A stretch of DNA of 64,000 nucleotides from Prasinococcaceae sp. CCMP 1430 (lineage: Eukaryota; Plantae; Prasinodermophyta): positions 383,141 to 447,140 of the forward strand of contig RQSC01000015.1 in NCBI GenBank assembly GCA_013416795.1. Direction: 5' to 3'. The notes beneath the pieces were generated by a model, which saw only the letters and a list, made by a program, of their open reading frames with translations, was not told the origin of the DNA and did not search any database. Position numbers and translations under genes: made by a program. Positions 22,210 through 34,159 of the stretch are shown piece after piece (the first letter of the stretch is position 1; each line of letters begins with the position of its first letter).

Positions 22210-23312
22210 CTGGGCGTCAGCGTTTGGCGTGGGCGCGTCGCCGCTCGCAGCTGTAGCAGCCGCGACGCAGCGCGCGCGTGCGTAAAAGGGCGCGGCGCGC
22301 GCCCCGGTTCCGCGGCGGTTCCGTTCCGTGTTTCCGCCGTTTCGGATTCGCCCGGCGCGCCTCTTTCCTCTGCTCTCGCCCCCCACCCGGGGGCCAACGG
22401 CGGCTCGCCGCGGCGGCTGCGCGTTTCGCGCTCCACAAAGCGCGCGCGGGGAGCCCAACCGGCATGCGTCATTCCCCGCTTCGCTACTCCGCGCTTCGCC
22501 GAGTTTGGGTTGTTTTCCTCGCGACAAGAAAAGGTTTGATGTGCAAAGGTTTTCCGCGCGCGGCGGCGCGCCGGCGCAGCCGCGGCCGCGGCCGCGGCNN
22601 NNNNNNNNNNNNNNNNNNNNNNNNNNNNNNNNNNNNNNNNNNNNNNNNNNNNNNNNNNNNNNNNNNNNNNNNNNNNNNNNNNNNNNNNNNNNNNNNNNNN
22701 NNNNNNNNNNNNNNNNNNNNNNNNNNNNNNNNNNNNNNNNNNNNNNNNNNNNNNNNNNNNNNNNNNNNNNNNNNNNNNNNNNNNNNNNNNNNNNNNNNNN
22801 NNNNNNNNNNNNNNNNNNNNNNNNNNNNNNNNNNNNNNNNNNNNNNNNNNNNNNNNNNNNNNNNNNNNNNNNNNNNNNNNNNNNNNNNNNNNNNNNNNNN
22901 NNNNNNNNNNNNNNNNNNNNNNNNNNNNNNNNNNNNNNNNNNNNNNNNNNNNNNNNNNNNNNNNNNNNNNNNNNNNNNNNNNNNNNNNNNNNNNNNNNNN
23001 NNNNNNNNNNNNNNNNNNNNNNNNNNNNNNNNNNNNNNNNNNNNNNNNNNNNNNNNNNNNNNNNNNNNNNNNNNNNNNNNNNNNNNNNNGCTGCGCGGCG
23101 GCCTGGGGGCGGCACAGCGCGTGTGCGGCCGCGGGCGCGGCACCGGGACCGCCGCACGCCGCCGCCCTCGAAACCATCTGCGCTCCCTTGGAACTGCGCA
23201 ATCGCCGATACGGGCGGGGCGAGGCAGGGCGCGAGGCGGCGGGCGACCCGCCGCGACAGGGCGCGGGGACGCTTGCGCCGTGACATCAAGCCATAGCTGG
23301 AGCGCGGTGGCG

Positions 23313-24545
23313 ATGGTGAAGGTGGACGAGGCAAACAGGGCGCATGTGAGCATCGCCGTCCGCGGCACGAGGGCGGCGGCCGCAGCTGGGGGTGCGCCGC
23401 GAAAGAAGGTTTGTGCGCGCGCCCGCCGCTGCGCGGGTTGCGGCGACTCCCAGCGAACGCGCGCGCGACCCCGTCCGTTGCACGTCCCGAACACCGCGTA
23501 CTGCCGCGGTGCGCACACTCGAGCGCAAGGGAGGGCGCGCCGCTCTGCTACATACATCTGACACCCGCGCCTGCGTACTGCCGCTTCCGCCTCGTCACAG
23601 TCTGCATCAGGTGGCAAAATCGTCGCGGCCGCGGCATTTAATGTGGCGTCGACGAGCGCCATCGTGGTGCTCAACAAACACGTCTTCTCGACCTTCGCCT
23701 TCAGGTTTCCCATCCTGCTCGTGTGCGTGCACATGGCAATCACGTGGGCGGGCATGCGCGGAGCGGCCGCTCTGGGCAGGTTCGAGCTGAAGCCAGTGGG
23801 ATTCCGTGGCGCGTTCCTCCTGGCGGTGGTCTTCAATGGCTACAACCTGAGCTCGCTCGCCAACCTGCGCCTCAACTCTGTCGGCATCTACCAGCTCACC
23901 AAGATACTCATCGCCCCAGCGGTGATGGTGACAGAATTCGCCCTCTTCCGAAAGAGCACGAGCGCGACGGTCAAGGCAGCTGTCGCGATCATGTGCGCGG
24001 GTGTGGCGGCGGCGACGGTCACAGACGTGCAGGTGCACGGGGCTGGCCTAGTTGCCAGCGGGGCAGCCATCGCGGGCGCAACAGCGTACCAAATTTCGAT
24101 TGCGCGCCTACAGAAGCATTTTCACGCGAGCTCCAACCAGCTTCTCACCGCCTGCATACCCGCGGCACTGCTCATCGGACTGCTCATGACGCCCGTCGAC
24201 AGTCTGCTCACAGCAGAAGGCGAGGCGGCGCTGACGCCACTGCAGTGGTGGCGAAGCGAACACGCCACGCCGCAGGCACTCTTGGTGATCGCACTCAGTG
24301 GCGTGGCGGGACTGATGGTATCGCTATCAACGTTTCTCTTCATCGGCGTCGCCGGCCCTCTGACATACAATGTGGTGGGCCACATCAAAACGGTGACGGT
24401 GCTCACCAGCGGCTGGATCATCTTCGGTGACTACATGTCCACCCAGAAGCTCGTTGGCCTTCTCTTCACACTGAAGGGGATCATTCTCTACTCGGTGGTC
24501 AAGATGCGCGAGAGCTCGGCCGGGAAGCGGGTTACGGGGGAGTAG
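23313..24545 (+). CDS. Nucleotide-sugar transporter (TPT/UXT/SLC35E3-like); exons 23313-23408, 23601-24545
   Basis: Multi-TM protein: SAIVVLNKHVF..FRFP, NLSLRLNSVGIYQLTKILIAP-like segment, GPLTYNVVGHIKTV. Phase-0 intron 23409-23600. Confidence 0.88.
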
Positions 24546-24848
24546 GCAAGCACAGGCGCATCATCCCGGCCCGATTCATTCTTCAATGAAACGCAATGCA
24601 ATGCCCACACGGCACCCGCCCCCACCGCGCTGCGCTGCGCGCGCGCCCAGCCACGCACGCGCTGCTGCTCCCAGCGCGCGCATGTGCGCGCGTACACGGC
24701 CGGGCCGAAGTATATGTGGCGGTGCCAGCCACGCTAGATTACTTCCCGTCGGGCGGGGCACGCGGGCGCAGGCAGGCGACGGCCGCTGCCGCAGCGCGCC
24801 CGCGGGCAACGGCCGCATCGGCACGCGCCGCAGCCGCGAGTGCAGTCG

Positions 24849-27016
24849 CTATTGCCTGCTTCGCCGCGCGAGGACGACCGCGGCAACAGCGGCCGAGGCT
24901 GCACTAATGATCGGCATAATGGCCGCCTGCACCCACCAGGGCGGCGCAGCAGGCGCCTTGGCCGCGTATGCGCGCGAGCTCTGCTCGACCGCCTCCACCG
25001 CGCGTGTGAGGCGCTGCAGGAGTCCGCCGAGCTCGCGCTGACGCGAGGCCACTTCTGTTGCTGCGTGCGTCGCAGCGCCAAGCGCCTGCTCCCAGTCGGC
25101 GCCCACGCCACTGCCGGTCGCCGCGTCGTATCCGACGTTGGCCACGCTCGATGCCCTCGAGTGCGCCGCATGCACGCCCATTGAGGCTGCCGGCATCTTG
25201 ACGAAGCTCGAGCTGCTCTTGAGCCTCGTCAGGCCCAGCGCGGGCGACTGCTGCTCCACGCCCATGCCGGGCGCCTCGTGCGGCATGACTCCGTCCGCTC
25301 CGTCGCGAATTTCGCCGTGCAGGACGCGCGGAATGCCCACTAGCCCGGCCTGCTGCGCGAGCCCCGTGCCCTTGCGCAGCTCCTCGCTGGTGCGCTCCTG
25401 GAAGTCGTGCGTGAGGCTCTCCGCCTGCACCTCCTCAATGTACGAGCGCGGCACGTAGCCGCCCTGCATGTTCAGCGAGGTCGCCACCTTGTCTACCAGC
25501 GCGCGGTCCATCCCCTGCACCTGCACGTACACTCGGCCCTCGAGACCATCGATGACGTCGTACTTGATCTGGATGTCGTCGGTTGCCAGCGTCGTGGAAG
25601 TGCGCTTCATGATTACGGCGATCTCATAACCGAGCGCCATGAGGCCGCCAAGGATGCGCACGTTGACCTCGAAGGTGATGCGCGGGGCGATGATGAAGGG
25701 CCCATCGGTGACCCACTCCTCGAAGATGAGCGAGTAGCGCCCGTCCGTGTTGCGCATGCGCAGCCACGTCTGGCACATGTCGGGGTCTTCGCCTGGTGGC
25801 AGAAGGTAAATGTCGTACAAGTCCGTCGTGGTCGTCTCAATCTCCTGGCCGACGGTCTTGAGCACGCGGCGAGCGTCCTCCTCGGGCACGTGCGCGACGC
25901 TCTTGAGGATGTACGTGGGTTTTTGCAGCCCGCTGAACGGGTTGAAGTTGTTCGTGATGCGGATGTGCGCGGTCTGCAGGTCGGGCTCGATGAACGCCTT
26001 GTACATGGGGTACACCGTCTCGGTGATCTGCTGCACGATGCCCTCGGGATCCTGGCCGGAGCGGTGGACATCGCGCATCACGCGCTTGACCAGATCGAAG
26101 TGCACGCCGCCCGAGACGGACACGCGCAAGTCGAGGCTCTTGTGCAGGCGCGACGACAGCGCGTAGATGCCCTCCAGGCACACGATGCGCGACTCCGGCG
26201 GCTCCTGCGTGCGGTAGCCCACTCGCTTCGACGTCTTGAAGTCGTAGATGGGGACCTCTGTGGAGCGGCCCGCACGAAGGTCCTCCAGGTTCTTTGTCAG
26301 CGTGTCGTAGTCTGTGAGGCGCGGGTCATCGAAGTTGGAGTCGACCTGCCGTGCGCGCCGCCGCGCAGAGGTGCGAGAGAGCGGCGCGAGGGGGCGCGCG
26401 CGTCAGCATCGCCTGGCGGAACGCGCGCTGCCCGACGGCTGCGATCGCGCCCCGTCGCCGCTGCTGACCGGGCCGCCCGGCGCCGCGCCGCGCCGCGCGG
26501 CACGCACCACTTTGCTGCCGTCGTTGTACATGTCCATGGAGATGACCGCCACGCCCGGGATGAAGCTGCGGATCTTCTCGCTGAAGACCGTCTTGCCGCT
26601 CCCCGATGGCCCCGCGAGTCCGATCAGCACGACGCCGTCGTTGCGCGATGTGAGAAGCTGTGCGAATGCAGAGCGGGGAGGGGGAGGCGCCGTCAGCGAG
26701 CGGCGGCGCGCATCGCCGCGCCCGGGCAGCGCCGCCGGGGCCGGCGCGGCGCATCGCCACCGCTCCGCGCTGCGAATCCGGCGGGCCGGCTCACCTGCAC
26801 GGCGCGTATGAAGAGGAAGAAGCCCTTGTCGAAGGAGAAGACTTCGTCGATGGGCTTGATCTCGAAGCGGCCATCCTTGCGCTCGCGCAGGTGCAGCTTG
26901 TGCTTGAGCAGCGTGTGCCTCGACGGCGGCGGGCTGAGCGTGTCTCCCGCCGACCCCGCGCCGCCGCCGGCGGTCGTCGCCGCCGCCTCGTGCGAGGCGC
27001 GGTAGCCCGGCGGCAT
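24849..27016 (-). CDS. Uridine kinase-like + CYTH domain protein with C-terminal membrane anchor (plant TTM1/2, UdkC-like); exons 27016-26795, 26657-26508, 26345-24849
   Basis: FSFDKGFF, P-loop GLAGPSGSGKT, DSNFDDPRLTDYDTL, YDFKTSKRVGY, VHFDLVKRVMRD, CYTH segment WLRMRNTDGRY...FEVNVRILGGLMALGY, and a hydrophobic C-tail. Two GT-AG introns keep the frame. Confidence 0.9.
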
Positions 27017-27339
27017 GNNNNNNNNNNNNNNNNNNNNNNNNNNNNNNNNNNNNNNNNNNNNNNNNNNNNNNNNNNNNNNNNNNNNNNNNNNNNNNNNNNN
27101 NNNNNNNNNNNNNNNNNNNNNNNNNNNNNNNNNNNNNNNNNNNNNNNNNNNNNNNNNNNNNNNNNNNNNNNNNNNNNNNNNNNNNNNNNNNNNNNNNNNN
27201 NNNNNNNNNNNNNNNNNNNNNNNNNNNNNNNNNNNNNNNNNNNNNNNNNNNNNNNNNNNNNNNNNNNNNNNNNNNNNNNNNNNNNNNNNNNNNNNNNNNN
27301 NNNNNNNNNNNNNNNNNNNNNNNNNNNNNNNNNNNNNNN

Positions 27340-28759
27340 GCGGCGGGCGCGTGCGCGTCGGCTTCGAGGCGCTCGCGGCGAGGGGGTACGCCGGAGTGGC
27401 CGGCGCTGGCAGGCGCGTGGGGGTGGTGTCCAACCAGACCGGTGAGGGCGCTCGCGCGCCCGATCCGGCCAGCCCGCTGCGCCGCGGGCGGCCTCGCGAT
27501 TGCCTCTGAGCGCTGCCTGGCGGGCGCGGCCCTCTGACGGCGCGCACGCACCCGCGCTCGCTTCGCTGGCCGCGCCTCGCTGTCTCTCTGTGCTCTCTGC
27601 TCTGCTCTCTCTCTCTCTGTCACACGCGCGCGCGGCAGGCGTGCTCCCGGATGCCCCGGGCACGCACATCGTGGACGCACTGCACGCCGCGCCCGGCGTC
27701 AACCTTGTCGCCGCGTTCGGCCCCGAGCACGGCTTCCGCGGCGCCGGCCAGGCGGGCAGCGGCGGCGGCGGGCCCGGCCGCGACGCCCGCACCGGAGTGC
27801 CCGTGTACTCCATTTACGGCGCGGCCGGCTCCAAGCTCGAGGGGATAATTGCCAAGGCGGGCGTCGATGTGCTGCTCTTCGACATCCAAGACGTCGGCAC
27901 CCGCTTTTACACGTACATATGGTCGCTCTACGACGTGCTCGTCGCGGTGGCCAGCATGCGAGCGAAGCGGACCAAGGCCCCCCGCGTGGTCGTGCTGGAC
28001 CGCCCGAACCCGCTAGGAGGCATCCTCGTGGAAGGGCCCACGCTCGAGCGAGGTCTGGCGACCTTCGTTGGGCGAAAGCCCATCTGCCTGCGGCACGGCA
28101 TGACGCTGGCCGAGCTCGCGCTCCTCTTCAACGGCGAGTTCGTCGCTGCGGACGCCGGCGGGAGCAAGGCCGAGCTGGACGTCGTCCCGATGGAGGGATG
28201 GGCGAGGAACATGCTCTGGTCGGACACGCGCCTGCGCTGGGTGCCTCCCTCGCCCAACATGCCCACGCCCGCCACCGCGCTGATGTACCCAGGCATGGGC
28301 CTCGTCGAGGGTACGAACGTCTCCGAGGGCCGCGGCACGACGACGCCCTTCGAGGCGAGCGGCGCGCCATGGGTGGACGACAAATTGCTGCCAGAGCTCG
28401 CGAGCGAGCTCGCAGCGCTGGGTGCGGTGGCGCGAGAGGCGTACTTCGTTCCCACCTTCTCCAAGTACAAAGGCGAGACCGTGCGTGGGGTTCACCTGTA
28501 TCCCGCCGGCGATCCCGCCGCGTTCGAGGCGCTGCCGGTCGCGCTGGCGTACATATTGGCGATGCGACGCCTATATCCTGGCAAGTTCGGCTTCCGCGCG
28601 GACGGTTTCTTCGACAAATTGGCGGGCACGGCCTCCTGGCGGCCGATGATCGAGCAAGGCGCTGGCGTCGACGAGCTCCTCGCGATCGCCGCTCGCGAGC
28701 GCGACGAGTTCATCGAGGTCCGGCAGCGTTACCTCCTCTACAAGGACCGCGCGGCGTGA
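27340..28759 (+). CDS. namZ: DUF1343 / exo-beta-N-acetylmuramidase NamZ (YbbC)-like; 5' end in gap; intron 27442-27638
   Basis: RVGVVSNQTG, AAFGPEHGFRG, FDIQDVGTRFYTYIWSL, LDRPNP, RHGMTLAEL, WVPPSPNMPT, EGTNVSEGRGTTTPFE and FFDKLAGT are all characteristic of the family. Confidence 0.9.
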
Positions 28760-28810
28760 ACCTGCCCGCAATGGAAGTGTGGATGCAATGCATTACGCTG
28801 CGGCGCCCGC

Positions 28811-31800
28811 TCAGAACGACTGCTGCTGGGCGACGCCGCTGAGCGGGCACGTGCCGAACTCGCCCACCCAGGTGTTGAAGCTGCCCTTGTTCGCGCACGG
28901 CAGAATGGCGGGCGCCCCGGCGAGCGCCACCCGGACCAAGGAGTGGCTCTCCACGGGCGAGCCCGTGATGCAGCATTCGTCGCTGACCGCCTTGCACTCG
29001 TGGCACATCGCGGCCGCCTCGTACGTTTGCGCGCCACAGGACGCGCACGCGCGCGTCGGAAGCACCTGCTCGACCTGCTGCTGCATGCTCATCTCCAAGA
29101 CTTGGTCGCGCACCGCCTCGCGGTCGTCCTCGTTCTCGAGGTAGTGTGCCGCCGGAATCGCAAAGTCGAAGGGAATGTCGGTCTGCACGTAGTCGCTGTT
29201 GTCGAGCTCAAGCGCCGATGCGTCGGCGTCCTCGTCGATCGCCTCTGTGATGTCCAAGAAGCGGTTCAAGAAAACGAAGGCGCTCGAGTGGCGCCCCGCC
29301 TCCCTGCAGGCCATGCCGGCCTCCAGGAACGCCTTGTCCGCGGGGACCTCGCCCACGTATCGCAGGATGGACGTGCGCGCAGACGCCGCGATCGAACGGA
29401 GCGCCTGGGCCTTCGCGGGCTGCTGGGCGGCGCGCGCGGCGGCCACTGCGGCGACGTTCGCCCAGTGCGCGACCTTCAGCTTTTTCTCAAAGTCGGTCAA
29501 GTCGTTGGGGTCCGCCTCGGAGCCGCCGGCCCGCATCGCGCACATCAACGAGTAAAGCATGCCCTTCAGGTGCTCGAGCCCGTCGGTCGATCGACTGGAC
29601 AGGACCTCGCGCGCGAGCAGCCGGTACATCTCGTAGTGCGCCGGCTGGGCGGGGCAGCCGTTCTGAGCCAGCGCCGCGCACCCCCCGACGAAGTCCCCGG
29701 ACTGGCAGCAGTACTTGGCGTGCTTGAGCGCATACGCCATTGCCGCCTCGCCGCCCTGCTCCTTGGCCAGCTCGTGCACCTTGTTCCACTGGCCCTGCTG
29801 CGCGAGCACCTCGATCCCTGCGCTCACGTTGCCCTGCTGCATGAGCGCCCCGGCGTCGCCGACCGCCGCGAGCGCTGCCGCGTGCTGCTCCTCGGCCCAA
29901 CGCACCAGCTGCGGCCCGCCTGCCGTCGCCGCGTGCCGCGCGCGCTCCCAGAGCTTGGCGCGCAGGTACGCCTCAACGGCGTCTCTGTGCGCGTCGACGC
30001 CCTCGAGCAGCTCGCCCGCCTGCTCGAAGCGACCGATATCCGACAGCCGCCGCGCACACACCCCGACGACATCGGCCGAACGCTCCGGGGCCTTGTCGAT
30101 GCTCAACTTGCCCGCGCGCTCCCACGCCTGCTCGAGGAGGTCAAGATCGGAGCTGTGCTCCTTCGTGATGTCCAGGTAGCAGTCGATGGCGCGCGAGAAA
30201 TCGCGGCCCCTTTCCAGCGCTTGCGCTCGTGTCAGCAGCGACGCGGCGCTGGCGCCCGCCGCGCTCGTCCCCCCCCCGCCGCCGCCGCCGCTCGCCATCG
30301 ATTGCGCGAGCGCGGTGTGGATTTCGGCCACCATGCTCGGCGCGTAGTCCTCGGCGACGCGAATGGCGTCCTCCCACTTCGACGCATCGCGGAACATGTG
30401 CACGGCCATGTCGGGTCGCTTCCCCTTGAGGAAGAGCTGCTCGGCGCGCGCATGCTCCCCGGCCTCTGCCGCCACTTTGCCCTGCGCCGCGCAGATGTCC
30501 GGAATGGAGCCCGGGTCGTGCGATTCGGCCACGCGCAGCGCGCGATCCCAGTCCTGCTGGTGCACCCACATGTCGATGGCCTCCTTCGGCTTGCTGGCTT
30601 TCACGAATTCGCTCTCCGCCTCGTCGAAGCGCCCGTCGTCCTCGAGCGCCATGGCGTACTTCAGATGCACCTCAGGCAGCTTGTGATTTGCGCCGGCGGC
30701 GCGCGTAAGCTCGAACGCGTGCATGAACGCGCCGCTTTCCACCGCGTAGTCGATGGCACTCTCCATGAGTCCAAACTTGGTCAGCAGCTTGGCGCCCTCC
30801 TCGCCGCCTAGCGACACCGCCCACGCGTACGCCACCTGCTTGGACGCGCTTGCGCCGCCGTAGGCCTTGGCAACCCGGATGGCGTCGTCCCACCGGTCGT
30901 GCGTGCGGTACATCTGCACCACGCCCTTCCACTCCTGCGCCTCCAGGAAGTGGTGCTCGGCTTGCTTGAGGTCGCCCTCGCCCTCGAGCTGCTGCGCGAG
31001 GTGCAGGTGCGTCTCCGTGAGCAGGTCCTTGCGGTAGGTGCCCACCAGGCGCACCATTTGATCGTACATCTTCGCCTTCTTGTACATGTTGATCGCCATA
31101 TCCTGCTGCTTGACCGCGAGGTACATGCGCTCCGCCTCCTTGTAGCGCGCTGCGGCCTCGAGCTCGCGCGCGCGCCGCGAGTAGATGACGGACGCCTCGG
31201 AGTCACTCATATGGTGCACGGCCACGCGGTGCGCGGCGTCCCAGCGGTCGGCGCGCGTGTACATCTCCACGGCGTCAGCGGGCGCGCCGCAGCGCACGTA
31301 GTACCGCTCGGCGTCCTCGTACTGCTTGGACGCCTCGTAATGTCCGGCGATGCGCGCGAAGAAGGGTGTCGACACCTCAGCCGGCTGCTGCTCGGCAATG
31401 GCCGCCGCCTTCGCCCACTGGCGCGCCTCCAGCGCCGCCTCGATGGCCTTGATGCTCTGGCCGGCCTCGATGTAGTGCGACACGGCCTCGTCGGCGTGGC
31501 GCTGGCTCATCAGCCAGTCGGCCCACTCGTCCTCGAGCGAGACCACGTCCTCCGGGGACGTGCGGCGGCACAGCTCCACCACCTGCCGGTAGCACCGCCC
31601 CTCGCGATAGGCGCGCGCCGCGCGCCGCTCGTCCCCGAGCTCCTCGAAGAAACGGCCCGCGCGCTCGTGCATGCCCGCGGAGAGCAGGTTGGCGGCCACG
31701 TTCTCCAGCAGCTCGGAGGGGTACTGTCCGCTGGGGTTTTCCGCCACGGCCTGCGCTGCGCGGCCGGGCATGCCGGCCTTGAGGTACAGCGAGATGGCAG

Positions 31801-34159
31801 CGACGACGTCGCCCTCGGCCTCCTTGATCTCGCCGGCGCCCTCCTCTTGCCTGGTGTTCAAGAGCCACTGGTAGTGGGCGCGCTTGAGGCCCTTGAAGTC
31901 GGGGTGCGCCTTGGCGTCGGCCACATCGATGGCGTCCTTCCAGCGCTGCGCCTCGGTGTACATCTGGATGCACTCGTTGACCTTGCCTTGCTCCAGCAGG
32001 ACGGCCTCGGCCACCTTCCACTGCTTGTTGAGCACGGCGAGTCTGGCGCGCACGCCGGCGGCATCCATGCCGTCGCCGCCGAACTCGGCGGCGTGCGCGG
32101 AGGCCGCGGCGCGGGTTTCGCCGACGTACTTGGCCTTCGCCATGTCGCCTATAGCCGCAAAGCACTGCTCCGCCACTGGCAGGTGCTTTGACTCGAGGGC
32201 CATCTCGCTGAGCTTGAGCCACATGCCCTCTGTCTCCGCGTTCAGCTCGAGGGGCTCGAGCATGTTGATGGCGCGGTAGTAGTCCTTTCCCTCGACGGCG
32301 CTGCCGAACTCGATCAGCGCCTCGTCCAGGGCGTAGCTCACGCTCTGAATGGACTCGTCGACGATCACCTCCGTGCGCCCACCCGCGCGCTCGATGTCGA
32401 CCACCTCGCCGCGAATCGGGAAGACGGTCTTGGACTCGGGGGTCGCCACCGAGTACCACACGCACAGGTTGCCGCGGTTCTGCGCGACCACCACGTCCGA
32501 GTCGGGCACCCACTGGACGTAGCTGACGTAGTTGAGCAGCGTGTGGCGCTCCTGGTCGCGCAGGCCGTACATGTACAGCTGGCGGCGCTTGTCGCGGAAC
32601 AGCAGATGCGAGCCGCGCGGGTTGAGCTCGAGCCAGTCGATGCGACTCTCGTTGTGAACGGTGGCGACCGTGGTGCCTGACACGAAGTCCTGGATCAGGA
32701 TCGTGTGCGCGTCGATGAGGTACGCGATCATCTTGGTGTCCGGGTTGCCGCCGTGCCCCTTGCTCAGGCGCACGCTGATCAGGAAGGGGCTCATGTGCTC
32801 GGTGCGGCAGGTGCCGAGCATCTCGCTCTCCCCGTACTCGAGCAGGCAGAGCTCGCCAGCGTTGTAGATCATGCACACCGCGGGGTTGTCGAAATAGAAC
32901 TTCTCGGAGCCGGTCACCGCCCACTCGATCTCGCTCAGCTTGCAGCTCTCCAGATCGCCGAGCAGCAGGGTGGCGGGCGTCTGGGCGACGATGTATTGGT
33001 CAGGTCGCTGGGGGGCTGGCCCCTCCTCGCTGGGCTTCGAGTCGGAGTAGATGTTGATGCGCTGCACTTCGTAGCCGAGGTGCGACTTGAGCACGATGCG
33101 GCGACCGGTGCTCAGCCTCTTCACAATGACCTGCGAAGGGCTCACGTACGTGAACTCGAAGCGCCCCTGGTAGATGTGCCGGCGGGTGCCGGCGTCAAAG
33201 AGCTCGACGCCGCCGCGGAGGCCGCCCACGGCGAGGCGGCTGCCATCCGGGCGCCAGGTCATCGCGCTGATTGTGTACATGTTCTCGAGCACCTTGGAGC
33301 TCGCCTCGGACCACTGAGTGGCGTGCCCGCCGCCCGCGGAGCTGCGCGTGAACACGTAGAACTTGTCGAACGAGCCCGCGACGGCCGCGTGCCCGGTCGG
33401 GTTGAAAGCCGCGCTCCCGAACTCCGACGAGCCGGCAGGCTCGTTCGAGTAGTCGAAGGTGCTCAGCCGGGACCCTGAGGCCGTGTCGTAGAAGCTGACC
33501 TTGCCGTCGGCGCCCGCAGCGAGCACAGACGCGCCGCACGAGAGCGCGTACGGCGCGCACGAGTGCTGGAAGAGCTTGACCTCGCGCCCGCCCCCGTCCT
33601 CGAAGCTCAGGCGCAACACGGAGCCGTCGAGGTGACCGGAGAGGACGGCCGTGCCACCGTTGCTGGAGCACATGCTCACCACCGAGGAGCCGCCCGGGTG
33701 CTTGTAGAGCGAGTCCGACTTGTTCGTGCGCAGGGCGCCCATGCGCACCTTGCCATCGGCGCCGCCGAAGATGACCTCGTACGGCTTCGCCGTGAGCCAC
33801 GCCGCGGCGGTCACCGCGACGCTGCACTTGAACTTGTTGCAGATCGACTTCTTGTCCCCCCACCTCTCGCCGAGCTTGTAGATGAAGGCGATGTTATCAC
33901 TCTGTGCCACGAGCAGCTTGGTGCTGTCTGGCGAGAACGCGAGCCCGCGAACGACGTACGTGCGCGGCCCCTCGGCCTCGCGCGGCTTGGTGCCGAACTT
34001 GTCGCGCCGCTCGCCGGCGGGGTCGTCGAAGAGGTGAATGACGCGGTCGGACGTGGCCACCGCCAGGCGCATCGAGTTGGGCGACCACGCCACCGCCGTC
34101 ACCTTGTTGGATCCGTCCGAGCTCGGGGCGAGCGCGCCCTTGGCATGGCGCAGCTGCAT
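28811..34159 (-). CDS. IFT172: Intraflagellar transport protein 172 (intronless, ~1782 aa)
   Basis: N-terminus MQLRH...KVTAVAWSPNSMRLAVATSDRVIHLFD...RRDKFGTKP; SICNKF; FTYVSPSQVIVK; WLELN..GSHLLFRDKR; long TPR-like solenoid; C-terminal FVFLNRFLDITEAI and a zinc-ribbon-like CxxC region. Confidence 0.96.
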   Translation of the reverse strand: MQLRHAKGALAPSSDGSNKVTAVAWSPNSMRLAVATSDRVIHLFDDPAGERRDKFGTKPREAEGPRTYVVRGLAFSPDSTKLLVAQSDNIAFIYKLGERWGDKKSICNKFKCSVAVTAAAWLTAKPYEVIFGGADGKVRMGALRTNKSDSLYKHPGGSSVVSMCSSNGGTAVLSGHLDGSVLRLSFEDGGGREVKLFQHSCAPYALSCGASVLAAGADGKVSFYDTASGSRLSTFDYSNEPAGSSEFGSAAFNPTGHAAVAGSFDKFYVFTRSSAGGGHATQWSEASSKVLENMYTISAMTWRPDGSRLAVGGLRGGVELFDAGTRRHIYQGRFEFTYVSPSQVIVKRLSTGRRIVLKSHLGYEVQRINIYSDSKPSEEGPAPQRPDQYIVAQTPATLLLGDLESCKLSEIEWAVTGSEKFYFDNPAVCMIYNAGELCLLEYGESEMLGTCRTEHMSPFLISVRLSKGHGGNPDTKMIAYLIDAHTILIQDFVSGTTVATVHNESRIDWLELNPRGSHLLFRDKRRQLYMYGLRDQERHTLLNYVSYVQWVPDSDVVVAQNRGNLCVWYSVATPESKTVFPIRGEVVDIERAGGRTEVIVDESIQSVSYALDEALIEFGSAVEGKDYYRAINMLEPLELNAETEGMWLKLSEMALESKHLPVAEQCFAAIGDMAKAKYVGETRAAASAHAAEFGGDGMDAAGVRARLAVLNKQWKVAEAVLLEQGKVNECIQMYTEAQRWKDAIDVADAKAHPDFKGLKRAHYQWLLNTRQEEGAGEIKEAEGDVVAAISLYLKAGMPGRAAQAVAENPSGQYPSELLENVAANLLSAGMHERAGRFFEELGDERRAARAYREGRCYRQVVELCRRTSPEDVVSLEDEWADWLMSQRHADEAVSHYIEAGQSIKAIEAALEARQWAKAAAIAEQQPAEVSTPFFARIAGHYEASKQYEDAERYYVRCGAPADAVEMYTRADRWDAAHRVAVHHMSDSEASVIYSRRARELEAAARYKEAERMYLAVKQQDMAINMYKKAKMYDQMVRLVGTYRKDLLTETHLHLAQQLEGEGDLKQAEHHFLEAQEWKGVVQMYRTHDRWDDAIRVAKAYGGASASKQVAYAWAVSLGGEEGAKLLTKFGLMESAIDYAVESGAFMHAFELTRAAGANHKLPEVHLKYAMALEDDGRFDEAESEFVKASKPKEAIDMWVHQQDWDRALRVAESHDPGSIPDICAAQGKVAAEAGEHARAEQLFLKGKRPDMAVHMFRDASKWEDAIRVAEDYAPSMVAEIHTALAQSMASGGGGGGGTSAAGASAASLLTRAQALERGRDFSRAIDCYLDITKEHSSDLDLLEQAWERAGKLSIDKAPERSADVVGVCARRLSDIGRFEQAGELLEGVDAHRDAVEAYLRAKLWERARHAATAGGPQLVRWAEEQHAAALAAVGDAGALMQQGNVSAGIEVLAQQGQWNKVHELAKEQGGEAAMAYALKHAKYCCQSGDFVGGCAALAQNGCPAQPAHYEMYRLLAREVLSSRSTDGLEHLKGMLYSLMCAMRAGGSEADPNDLTDFEKKLKVAHWANVAAVAAARAAQQPAKAQALRSIAASARTSILRYVGEVPADKAFLEAGMACREAGRHSSAFVFLNRFLDITEAIDEDADASALELDNSDYVQTDIPFDFAIPAAHYLENEDDREAVRDQVLEMSMQQQVEQVLPTRACASCGAQTYEAAAMCHECKAVSDECCITGSPVESHSLVRVALAGAPAILPCANKGSFNTWVGEFGTCPLSGVAQQQSF

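Noticed and set aside
27340-28759. Bacterial contaminant contig for namZ
   Set aside because: The gene has a frame-restoring GT-AG intron, matches host composition and is contiguous with IFT172.
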